Shown: in pieces, positions 36,362 through 45,072 of the stretch
Numbering within the stretch: position 1 is the first letter of the stretch
How the letters are laid out: each line of letters opens with the position of its first letter
The notes under the pieces: model-generated
Told to the model about the DNA's origin: nothing
Databases searched by the model: none
The model's input: only the letters and a program-made list of their open reading frames with translations
Program-made: the position numbers and the translations under genes
Source of the DNA: a virus
Virus record (IMG/VR): IMGVR_UViG_3300037262_000003
Coordinates: 1 to 64,000 of that record
DNA length: 64,000 nt
Strand: one strand, 5' to 3'

Positions 36362-38019
36362 GCCACGTCTCCATTCTCCGAATAGTTACTAGCATACTCC
36401 CAGGCGTCGATGACTTCTTGCGCGTGCTTAATGAGGCTCTTGATGTCCTTGACCAGTGAGCCCGTGATTGTCTTACCGTCAATGGCAGCCAGGGCAATGT
36501 CGTCCTTGAACTCACGGACGGCTGCCTTACGTTCCTCGATCGTGCCTCTCATGAGGACGTTCACTACATTAACCGAGTCGAAGATAGATGAGGCACGGAT
36601 GTGCCGTCCGTTAACCTGCGTGCCAAGTCCGCCCGACCATGCCATGTCGATGTTGATGAGCCAGTTAGCGCACGGCAGGTCAGTACCATAGGCTCCAGCG
36701 TGACTGGAGACGAACACTCTCGTGTCTTCATCGTCTAGGAAGGCGGCAATGGCTGCTTCCTTTGCAGAACTCGTCATCTCTCCGTGGTATTCGACGCACT
36801 CCCAACCGAGATCCTCAAGGCCCTGCTTCGTGACGTTGACCATCATGCGGTAACGGGAGAAGAGAATGACCTTGCTTGACGGATCATTGTGAAGTATGTT
36901 ATTGACCTTGCGCAGAACGTAGTCCAGCTTCGGGGTATCCGTTGGGATACGTGCTCCCTCAGTGACCAGCTTGTGGGCGTACTTCGAGCCCGACTCACCA
37001 TCAGTCTCGTCGTACTTCAACGCCGACAGGTGAATCATCGGAGGGTAGTCAAGCAACTGCTCCATGACAGTGTGGATCGACATGACCTCGCCCATTCCGC
37101 CCTTGGCGCTGGTCTGTCCGCCAGCTCCGTAGTGAGCGCTCAGCGAGAAGCCCCCTGGATGGCTCGGAGAGCGATCGTAGGCGACTAGGAGGTCCCTGGC
37201 CATGTCAACGTATGCCTCTAGCATCTGAGGCTCTGTATCGACCTCCCAGGTATGGTAGACGACCTCTGGCATGAAGGGCGCTACGTCAGGGTCAACCCTG
37301 GACTTCCTGTACATGGCGGTGGACAGCTTCTCCCAGAGGATGTCAAGATTCCTGTAGCCCATGACCCCGCCATTGGAGTCTCTTCTGATGTAGGACTTGT
37401 CGAAGAGGTCAAAGCGCCCGAGGATGTTGCGGTCCACGAACTGCATGATCGAGTAGACATCCTCTGGGATGTTCTCAAGCGGTGTGGCAGTAAGAGCCAG
37501 ACGGAACGGGAAGTATCCCAGGCATTCCTTGATGGCCTGTGACCTCTGCGAAGAGGGGGACTTGATCAGGGAAGCCTCGTCAAGAACAGCGATGGTAGGG
37601 GATAGTTGATAAATATACTCATCGAATTCCGCCACAACCGTGTCGTATCCGACAATGACGTACTCAGGTCGGTTGAGTACTGCACGGGCATACTGATCGC
37701 GGCGCTTAGCAGGGTCTCCGTCGATGATGGTACAGTATTCTTCCTCCGGAACTGTTATGTGCTTGCGCTTGATTTGGAGCTGGCGTGTCGGGATGTCAGT
37801 GACGGAGGCTATGGCCTTGGCCCACTGGTACTTGAGGTTAGCAGGGACCACGAGCAGACAGCACTTGGTCATGCGCCGCTCAAGCAGATCCTCGCAGATG
37901 GCTATAGCCGTGGCAGTCTTCCCAAGCCCTGTGTCCAAGGCGAGCAGAAGACTGCCACGGTCCATGAACATGTCAAACGCCTCTTCCTGGTAGGGAAAGA
38001 GGTCAATTGTCATGGCCAT
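36358..38019 (-). CDS. SNF2-family (SF2) helicase
   Basis: DTGLGKT, LDEA, LTATP.EN, helicase C-terminal motifs. Confidence 0.92.
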   Translation of the reverse strand: MAMTIDLFPYQEEAFDMFMDRGSLLLALDTGLGKTATAIAICEDLLERRMTKCCLLVVPANLKYQWAKAIASVTDIPTRQLQIKRKHITVPEEEYCTIIDGDPAKRRDQYARAVLNRPEYVIVGYDTVVAEFDEYIYQLSPTIAVLDEASLIKSPSSQRSQAIKECLGYFPFRLALTATPLENIPEDVYSIMQFVDRNILGRFDLFDKSYIRRDSNGGVMGYRNLDILWEKLSTAMYRKSRVDPDVAPFMPEVVYHTWEVDTEPQMLEAYVDMARDLLVAYDRSPSHPGGFSLSAHYGAGGQTSAKGGMGEVMSIHTVMEQLLDYPPMIHLSALKYDETDGESGSKYAHKLVTEGARIPTDTPKLDYVLRKVNNILHNDPSSKVILFSRYRMMVNVTKQGLEDLGWECVEYHGEMTSSAKEAAIAAFLDDEDTRVFVSSHAGAYGTDLPCANWLINIDMAWSGGLGTQVNGRHIRASSIFDSVNVVNVLMRGTIEERKAAVREFKDDIALAAIDGKTITGSLVKDIKSLIKHAQEVIDAWEYASNYSENGDVA

Positions 38020-38053
38020 GGATACTCCTTTGTAGACTACTAGTTACTCCAGT

Positions 38054-39040
38054 CTACACCCAATCGATACCTTCGAAGTAGGTGAACGCTGCCGGTGTGG
38101 CAGTGAATATCCCGTTGTGAATCTCCTCAGGAGTCAGGTCGTTAGGATCACGACCATCAGGGGTGTGAATGTACGCACCATTATCCTTGCGTACCGTGCC
38201 GTAGTCGAACACGAACGTGCTCGTCCTGGCGTAGGGGTTGTTGAGAATAAAACGCTGCATGGCCTTGTGCCCGGCAGCGTCGTTGTCCAGCATGAGGATC
38301 ACGTGGTCAGCCACGGGCCAGAGCAGATCGTTGACCTGGTAGTCCGTGAAGCTAGAACCACAGGTACTCACCACTCTCTTCCACCCTGCATCGTAGACAA
38401 GCCCCGCCTTGACTGGGTTCTCTAGGACAACGCACAACCCTACGGTCCCCGTTGACTTTAGATTCCTGTAGCCGAAGACAGTGGTCGCCTTCTTGATCTT
38501 GGGAGGGTAGTTGATCACCAACTGCCCATCTTCCCCCGTCCCCTTCTCCTGCCATCCTATGAGCCTGTCTGTCCAGGGGTCTCTGAGGACAAAGACCCAG
38601 CGTTCCTTCTCTTCATTCCACAGAATCTCAAGAGCCTCGCAGGACTCAGCCGAGATCCTTCTCTCTGCCAATCTCTCCGCAGGCGGTGACACGAACGGCC
38701 AGAGATCCATCTCGCGGACAGCAGCCTCGCGTGCTACCTCAGGCTCATCCACTATTCCGATGCGTACCTTCTGCGTCTTGATCCACGCTACAGCCTCGCC
38801 CGACCGCACTCCCTTGGTGATCTGCACGAGCCACTGGAACGAACCACCGAATCCACAAGAGAAACAGTGGTGCTTACCGGTGTTCATATTGATCGACCAC
38901 GACGGAGAGCCGTCATAGTGCTGCGGGCTAGGGCACAGTGCCGTGGCCTCGTCGCCACGGATCTTGAAATCTATATTCAGATCCCACAGCGCCCGTTCCA
39001 TATCAGCGGGCACCAGATCAGGCAGTCTAGTAATCGTCAT
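38054..39040 (-). CDS. DNA primase (CHC2 zinc finger + TOPRIM)
   Basis: CP...H.D.SPSW......HCFSCG; LDNDAAG; DPND; ATG 39040 with GGAGG RBS. Confidence 0.88.
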   Translation of the reverse strand: MTITRLPDLVPADMERALWDLNIDFKIRGDEATALCPSPQHYDGSPSWSINMNTGKHHCFSCGFGGSFQWLVQITKGVRSGEAVAWIKTQKVRIGIVDEPEVAREAAVREMDLWPFVSPPAERLAERRISAESCEALEILWNEEKERWVFVLRDPWTDRLIGWQEKGTGEDGQLVINYPPKIKKATTVFGYRNLKSTGTVGLCVVLENPVKAGLVYDAGWKRVVSTCGSSFTDYQVNDLLWPVADHVILMLDNDAAGHKAMQRFILNNPYARTSTFVFDYGTVRKDNGAYIHTPDGRDPNDLTPEEIHNGIFTATPAAFTYFEGIDWV

Positions 39041-40343
39041 CATCATCCTCCTTCGCCTCATACGCCTGGAACTCGAATACATCCCAGTCCCATTCACCAC
39101 GGATGGTCGGAAGATAGCCCCGACGTGCCGCAGTGTTCTTGATCGTGATCTCCCTGTCGTCTCCCTTGTCGATGGTGAACACCATATCGGAAGCCATGCG
39201 GAGTCCTGTGCCGCCCATCATCGCAGTGTCATCAAATCCGCCGCCCGACTTGCCGAGCTGCTTCTCACGAGCCTGGTGGGTCACCCAGACAGGGAATCGA
39301 TGTCTCATGGCCAGGTTCTTGAGATCCCTTGCAAGGTTGTCGTGAGCCTCCCAGCTTGAACCAGGAGTGCGGCCCGTGGCCTCGTCAGTCAGGAAGTAAA
39401 ACCCGTCGATGTAAACGATGTCGGGCTCGAACTTCTCGATCTCGTACTCAAGGTGAGACATGGTGAACTTCGAGATGGGCTGGACGATGGAGAATGCCTC
39501 TGAACCGCTGGACATCTCCCTCTCCCAGTACTCGCGGACCTTCTGCTCGTCAGACTTGGGCAGACGGAATTCCCTGGTGCTGGCGATATAAGGCGCAGGG
39601 TTAACCCCGGCTCCATAGCAGACCAGCATGTCACGAACGTCTTCCTCCGGTATCTCAGTCGAGATGAATATGACACGGCGAGGGTCGAGCTGCTCCTGCC
39701 CCGAGAAGGATGTCCTTCCGAACCAGGCGTGGTAGGCAGACTGCAAGAGGAACGTGGTCTTGCCCGCCTTGGCACGGCCTACCAGCGTGATGAGCTGACC
39801 GGGCTGCGAGCCAGGGAAGTGCTTGTCCAGCTCATCGATGCCGAAGCCAGGGCCAGGCTCGCGCACCATAGCGATACGTTCTTCGAGCTGGTAGTCCGAT
39901 CGGTCCCAGGTCACCGAGATGGCAGCCTGCTCCTGCTGGTACAGAACCTTGCGTGCCGTCGCCATCATGATCTCAGCGGCAGTGACAGGATCTCCTGCCT
40001 CCACGTAGCGCTGGGCCTCAGTCGTGCCGACCTGAGTCTCGAACATGGAGACTGCCTGCTTGGCCAGGTCCACAAGCTCACGGTCATCGAACGAGGGCTC
40101 CACCAGCCTGTAACTCTCGGGCGGGTACGAGCGCCTGAACAACGTGATGTCCATGACCTTCGTGTACTTCTCGTAGTGCCTGAGGATGGTGTTCCAGGCG
40201 TCAATGTCCTGGCCCGTGAACACTGCCGCATACGCAGGGCTCATCTGGTTGGACATGAACTCGCCGTCCAGTCCCGCCTTAAGGTAAGGCTGGATGTTCT
40301 TGGTCTGTAGCACACGGGCGATAATCTCACGCCCGAGGATCAT
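39027..40343 (-). CDS. DnaB-like replicative helicase
   Basis: GRAKAGKT, FISTE, VYIDG, LK.LA, THQ, SD. Confidence 0.9.
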   Translation of the reverse strand: MILGREIIARVLQTKNIQPYLKAGLDGEFMSNQMSPAYAAVFTGQDIDAWNTILRHYEKYTKVMDITLFRRSYPPESYRLVEPSFDDRELVDLAKQAVSMFETQVGTTEAQRYVEAGDPVTAAEIMMATARKVLYQQEQAAISVTWDRSDYQLEERIAMVREPGPGFGIDELDKHFPGSQPGQLITLVGRAKAGKTTFLLQSAYHAWFGRTSFSGQEQLDPRRVIFISTEIPEEDVRDMLVCYGAGVNPAPYIASTREFRLPKSDEQKVREYWEREMSSGSEAFSIVQPISKFTMSHLEYEIEKFEPDIVYIDGFYFLTDEATGRTPGSSWEAHDNLARDLKNLAMRHRFPVWVTHQAREKQLGKSGGGFDDTAMMGGTGLRMASDMVFTIDKGDDREITIKNTAARRGYLPTIRGEWDWDVFEFQAYEAKEDDDDDY

Positions 40344-40439
40344 CTTAGCGATGGTAATCCTCCTTCTTGTGGGTGAGCGTGCAGCGCTCACCAGTATGCT
40401 TTGAATAGTTACGCGGCATCCAACTGCCACATACTGCCA

Positions 40440-40937
40440 CTACTGAATCCCCTTCCTCTTACGTCTGTCCCGGTACACTCTCCACAGTCCCTTGGTGCAA
40501 TCGTCCAGGGTAACCGGGTCGTAGAACATTCCGAGAACGTCCTCCACGCCATTGCAGTACCCCCAGGGAGCGTTCTTCTTGAAGTACCTCACGACATTGC
40601 GCCCGAAGTCAGCCAGAGATAGCTGCCTGCCGTCACCATCGCGGAACCTCTCGGGGTAAGCCGCATAACTGATCCTGATAGCCGAACGATCCAGGGCGTC
40701 CTGTCCCCTCTTGAACAGCCAGGCAGCGTTCTTGCCTGTGATGATGCCCTCATCGTAGAAGAACTTCTCCATCTCCTGAGCGATAGCCCAGGCCACATCG
40801 TCAGGATCACCCAGTCGGTCAGGCGTAGCGTTCTCACCTCTCACGAACCTAGGACGATCTTCATCAGCCCGACGTTCCCTGTCTCTAAGAGACCCTGGTC
40901 TCGGGGCTGGCTTGTTCCTGTTGTAGACCTTTTCCAT
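40440..40937 (-). CDS. Hypothetical protein
   Basis: AAGGAGG RBS; promoter 40958-40986. Confidence 0.75.
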   Translation of the reverse strand: MEKVYNRNKPAPRPGSLRDRERRADEDRPRFVRGENATPDRLGDPDDVAWAIAQEMEKFFYDEGIITGKNAAWLFKRGQDALDRSAIRISYAAYPERFRDGDGRQLSLADFGRNVVRYFKKNAPWGYCNGVEDVLGMFYDPVTLDDCTKGLWRVYRDRRKRKGIQ

Positions 40938-41070
40938 GTCGCCTCCTTCTGGTCATAGTTCTACAGCACCAGAGTCGGGATGTCAACTTCGGAGTCAGCT
41001 CGGCCATAAGTATTTTGGTAGGGAACTACATGAGTATTAGAACCAAAGTCAAAGTCAAAACCTAATGACG

Positions 41071-41152
41071 ATTGTAGCGACGGGTCTAGGAGTTGTCAAG
41101 CACTCTCGGATCTTGGGACTGCTTGACTCCCAGGGGTACCTGGCCCTAGACT
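41071..41152. promoter_or_regulatory. Divergent promoters: - strand TTGACA-N17-TACAAT (41071-41099) and + strand TTGACT-N18-TAGACT (41123-41152)
   Basis: Consensus hexamers at the strand switch. Confidence 0.75.
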
Positions 41153-41174
41153 GTTGGGACAAGGAGGTACAAAC

Positions 41175-42089
41175 ATGACTGAGAACGAGGTGCAAGAGGC
41201 ACCGATGACGACGTACGCCCTGTGGGGCACGGGGGACATCACGGCTGAGAACGCCAAGGCCCTGCTGGAGGAGTACATCCCCGACAATGTGGGCACAGTC
41301 TTCAGGCCCGATCGTATCACGAGGGATCACAAGGGGCTCAGGACTGCCCTGGACTGGTTCGAGAGCCCGGACTTCCTGGGTGACGGCGGGGCTCTGCCCA
41401 GCACGGACCTGATTCAGTCGCTAGTGGATGAGCGCGACGGCGAGTTCCACGATGAGGTCTATCTCTTGGCGCTGTGGCCCAGCGAGCCCTCCCATGAGGA
41501 CTTCGACTTCATCGAGAGCGTGCAGCAGGCTGGCATCACAGTGATCGCCCTGTCACATGCGTTCGTTGAGCTGGACCTGAGCTTGTACAGCAGGCCCGAG
41601 GCGACCAAGGAAGAGAAGGCTGAGGCCAGGGCTGCCGCCATCGCAGAGAAGAAGCCGAGGGGTCGCCCGAGGAAGCTTTCTGACGCTGCCCCTGAGACCA
41701 AGGAGTTCATCAGCCCGAGTGTGACCGAGGCAGCTTCTACTCTGGTCACGGCTACAGATCCACTAGTCTGCGACGGAACGCTGCTGCCCGAGGTTCAGGT
41801 CAACGATGACCTTACCGCACAGATGTTCGCTGGCATCAAGAGGTACATCGATATGAACATCGAGGCCGGTATCAAGGCTGCCATGCAGTCGCTGGGGGAG
41901 GCTGTCCGTCCTGTTCTGCATCACGACGAGCACCCTCCGTTCGAGCCTCCGTACGTTGGCATCGACACCAAGCCTTACTTCTTCAACAAGACCACGAACG
42001 TGTACCGCGAGGGCACAGGCAAGCCGCGACGTGGTGAGCTTCTGGTTAACATGACTGACGAAGAAGCTCAGGAGAAGGGCGCGCTGTGA
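41175..42089 (+). CDS. Hypothetical protein with an AT-hook (KPRGRPRK)
   Basis: AAGGAGG RBS; AT-hook core RGRP. Confidence 0.8.
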   Translation: MTENEVQEAPMTTYALWGTGDITAENAKALLEEYIPDNVGTVFRPDRITRDHKGLRTALDWFESPDFLGDGGALPSTDLIQSLVDERDGEFHDEVYLLALWPSEPSHEDFDFIESVQQAGITVIALSHAFVELDLSLYSRPEATKEEKAEARAAAIAEKKPRGRPRKLSDAAPETKEFISPSVTEAASTLVTATDPLVCDGTLLPEVQVNDDLTAQMFAGIKRYIDMNIEAGIKAAMQSLGEAVRPVLHHDEHPPFEPPYVGIDTKPYFFNKTTNVYREGTGKPRRGELLVNMTDEEAQEKGAL

Positions 42090-42283
42090 TCAAGGCAGAA
42101 TACCTGCGCGGAGTGCTGAACGGGCTGCATGACGCAGGGATGGACCTGGAAATTCTTGACCTGCAAGTCGTATCGAACGGCAAGTACATAGACAAGGGAG
42201 ATCCTGTTGATGTGACAGGAATGGTCCAGGTCTCAGTAAACGAGGATGGTCTCGGAGGTTCGCTGGCCATCGGTATAGAGTAA
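42086..42283 (+). CDS. Hypothetical protein
   Basis: GTGA overlap with the upstream gene. Confidence 0.7.
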   Translation: MIKAEYLRGVLNGLHDAGMDLEILDLQVVSNGKYIDKGDPVDVTGMVQVSVNEDGLGGSLAIGIE

Positions 42284-42287
42284 TGAA

Positions 42288-42324
42288 AGAGGCCCCCAGG
42301 GAATAGTCTCAACCTGGGGCCTCT
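42288..42324 (+). terminator. Putative terminator hairpin
   Basis: AGAGGCCCC(C)AGG...CCTGGGGCCTCT right after the stop. Confidence 0.6.
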
Positions 42325-42419
42325 AGTGCTCTTGCCGGAAGGAGGGGGTCCAGCTTGAGCGGCGAGTGGAGGGTCCTCGCACTTTTGAGTATACATGATG
42401 GATTGGAAAAGTAATAACA

Positions 42420-42869
42420 ATGCAAAAGGGTAACCTATCTAATCAGGTTCAGGCGAGAGCGCTCTTGGTGTTTGAAGGCGCACTCGGTCACATCTCAGGT
42501 GAAGACGTTAAGGAATTCAACGCACTGGGATCAGCCGGTCAGTGGTACGAGGCATGGTCCCTCTGGACTATCAACGAAGACATGGCAGGAAAGATCTGGC
42601 AGGTCGTCAAGAACCAGTTCGTTCAAATCTCACTGGTCTCATTCGTAGCACCCGAGGATGGTGACGCCAGCTATGGGCTACAGCAGATCATGGACGAGCA
42701 CCACCTACCAATAGCAGAGGTATTTTCTTGGAGCCCTAAGCGTCTAGCCCGAGAGCTTGCGTACATGCCTGACGTGGCCTGCGTCTACGATGCCAACCCT
42801 GAGACATGGGCTATGTTCGGGCGCAAGGGTCAGGCCCTCCAGAACATCAACGACTTCTGTAGGTTCTGA
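42420..42869 (+). CDS. Degenerate HAD-like protein
   Basis: LLVFEGAL at the motif I position. Confidence 0.6.
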   Translation: MQKGNLSNQVQARALLVFEGALGHISGEDVKEFNALGSAGQWYEAWSLWTINEDMAGKIWQVVKNQFVQISLVSFVAPEDGDASYGLQQIMDEHHLPIAEVFSWSPKRLARELAYMPDVACVYDANPETWAMFGRKGQALQNINDFCRF

Positions 42870-42883
42870 CGCCAGGAATTAGA

Positions 42884-43261
42884 TCAGAGTTCGGGGACGA
42901 ACTTCTCCACTGTTCCTTCGGAATCTGGCAGTGGGTACCCGCGAGTCAGGAAGTCAGTTACCTCGACCTTAGCCTTGGGCTTGAGCTTGACGAGGTTGTC
43001 ACGTATCTTCTCAACAGGTACGCGCACTGGCTCATGCCCCTGGAGTCTTACGCCGGTCCAGCCATAGATCAATCCCATCGGGATAGTCATGGCGAGGGAC
43101 AGAACAATGATGTGCGGTAGCACCAGCGCGGTAAGAGCAGCCGAGAACATGACCAGAGGGTTCAGCTTCTTGTCGATGCTGAATGGCAGCAGGTTAACGA
43201 CCAGCGCGGAGCCCGCTACTGCTGCAAATATTGCGAGTATGATCCAAATGAATTCCATCAT
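42884..43261 (-). CDS. Membrane protein (holin candidate)
   Basis: 2-3 TM helices and a charged C-terminus. Confidence 0.6.
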   Translation of the reverse strand: MMEFIWIILAIFAAVAGSALVVNLLPFSIDKKLNPLVMFSAALTALVLPHIIVLSLAMTIPMGLIYGWTGVRLQGHEPVRVPVEKIRDNLVKLKPKAKVEVTDFLTRGYPLPDSEGTVEKFVPEL

Positions 43262-43273
43262 ACTCGCATTGTA

Positions 43274-45064
43274 CTATGAGAACTGCGTGACGGGGCTGTT
43301 GTAGACCGGGGCGTAGGCGTGCAGCCCGAGCGCCAGATGATCTGACAGCACCGACTGGACGGCAGCGTAGGCGATGTTGCCACGGATGTAGTAGTAAGAG
43401 CGCGAGTCGTTTACCGTGCCTTCCCAGTTCCATCCGTCGAATGACCCGTCACCATAGGGAATGAGCCCGCCAGGGTTTAGCATGACGGCATCCAGATACC
43501 AGTCCATGGTCGTGCTAGTCGGAGCTGTGAGTGAGTTCTCAGTCCAGAAACCTATGATCACATTGGTTGTTGGTGCGATGAACTGCAATGTGATCTGGGT
43601 CCAGCCCGTTGACACAATGGCTATGGTCGCAGAGGCAGCAGATGCCAGTGAGACTGTCGGGTTGACTGCCATCGTCAGGAAGCGAGGGTTAGACCCGTCA
43701 GTGTGCAGCGCGTAGGCTGACACCGTGTATTCCTCGCCCACAATAAGGTCGGGGACCGCTATGTAGTTGCCGACCTGAGTGCCAGTGCCTGTGCTGAACA
43801 AGGAGGCAGAGCCTAGGAAGTGCTGCGATGTCTGTCGTGAGATCGTAGTCGTAGGAGCAGCCACCCATCCCGCAGCGTCAGTCTCGAAATTAGGGTTGGT
43901 GATGTAGTTCATCTGTGATGGTGCCAGGGTGGCGGTCAGTGCCCGAGGGCGAACGTACGCACTGGGAACTACGTTTGCGCCTGTTCCGGGGACAAGCTCG
44001 GCCTGTACGTGAGTGATGTTCTGGGCACCTGATGCCGCAATAGATGCGAACTCATATCCCACTGCGAAGTAAGCCGCCTTGTTCCACGTCTTTGTGTCCG
44101 AGCTGTTGAGCAGCGAGTGCGGGGCAGAGAAGGTAGCGAACGGCCGAGTGTAACCGGCCGATCCTGATGTGTTTACTCCGGAGGCAATGCCAGCGTTGTT
44201 GTACCCGATCAGAGCCATGGCAGGGTCTACGTCTGCCGGTGTGAATGTCGAGAAGTCATCCAGACCTGCGAACATAAGCAGAACTGTCAGACCAGTCGGT
44301 ACCACCGTTCCGCCACCGGATAGGACTACTCCGTCAAGGCCGGTGAATGCATCCCCGGACAAGTCAATGTCGCCAGTGACAGTGATCGGGCCAGAGGCAG
44401 GATCAGAGTTGACCAGGAAGAAGATCGCAGCCTGGTTGAGCAGCGAGGCAAAGCCCGAGAACTGAATGTCACCTGATGCCGCTATCTGATTCTGGTAGAG
44501 CTTGTAACTCGCGCTCTCTTCGGCAGTGCCTACCCAGAATCCAAAGAGCTGATCACCATCGATGTACGGAGTCGGGAGGTTGCCTCCATTGAGAGTGAGG
44601 CTGGGCTCGTACTGAACGCCGTCGATAAGGAACGAGCACATCTGAATGCCGACAGTCTCGACATAGACCGCAATGCTATCGCCGTTAACCAGTGACAGCC
44701 CGTTGAGAATTACCCGCGTCCATCCCATCGTCGGGTCAAACGACACCGTGGTAGACGCCAGAGTAATAGCGCTAGTGGTGTCAATGGCGTAGACGTTCAG
44801 CGTACCAGACTGGTCGATGTCAGAGCCCTGTAGGTAGAAGCTCACACACCCTGTTGCAGACGCCAGAACGGTCCCTGGAGGCAGGATCACGCCCTCGTTA
44901 GGGTTCTGGCCCGGAGCGGTGACTTGTAGGCTCTGCGTGCCGTACAGGCCCGTTCCCATGTTGAGTACAGGGACTACCCCGTTGACTCCAGTGACACCTG
45001 TAAGATCCTGCTCGAAGCTTGGGTTAGAGCAGAAGTTGTAGGTGTATACGCTTGGCCACGCCAT
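43274..45064 (-). CDS. Minor tail protein with carbohydrate-binding (CBM4/9-like) domains
   Basis: Two NP.FE...GW-type beta-sandwich repeats, Y.DG motifs. Confidence 0.75.
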   Translation of the reverse strand: MAWPSVYTYNFCSNPSFEQDLTGVTGVNGVVPVLNMGTGLYGTQSLQVTAPGQNPNEGVILPPGTVLASATGCVSFYLQGSDIDQSGTLNVYAIDTTSAITLASTTVSFDPTMGWTRVILNGLSLVNGDSIAVYVETVGIQMCSFLIDGVQYEPSLTLNGGNLPTPYIDGDQLFGFWVGTAEESASYKLYQNQIAASGDIQFSGFASLLNQAAIFFLVNSDPASGPITVTGDIDLSGDAFTGLDGVVLSGGGTVVPTGLTVLLMFAGLDDFSTFTPADVDPAMALIGYNNAGIASGVNTSGSAGYTRPFATFSAPHSLLNSSDTKTWNKAAYFAVGYEFASIAASGAQNITHVQAELVPGTGANVVPSAYVRPRALTATLAPSQMNYITNPNFETDAAGWVAAPTTTISRQTSQHFLGSASLFSTGTGTQVGNYIAVPDLIVGEEYTVSAYALHTDGSNPRFLTMAVNPTVSLASAASATIAIVSTGWTQITLQFIAPTTNVIIGFWTENSLTAPTSTTMDWYLDAVMLNPGGLIPYGDGSFDGWNWEGTVNDSRSYYYIRGNIAYAAVQSVLSDHLALGLHAYAPVYNSPVTQFS

Positions 45065-45072
45065 GACTACTC

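Noticed and set aside
1-40900. Many long + strand ORFs (e.g. 1..726, 8745..9485, 24054..25019, 25358..25966)
   Set aside because: Antisense shadows of GC-rich - strand genes; no RBS or recognisable motifs.
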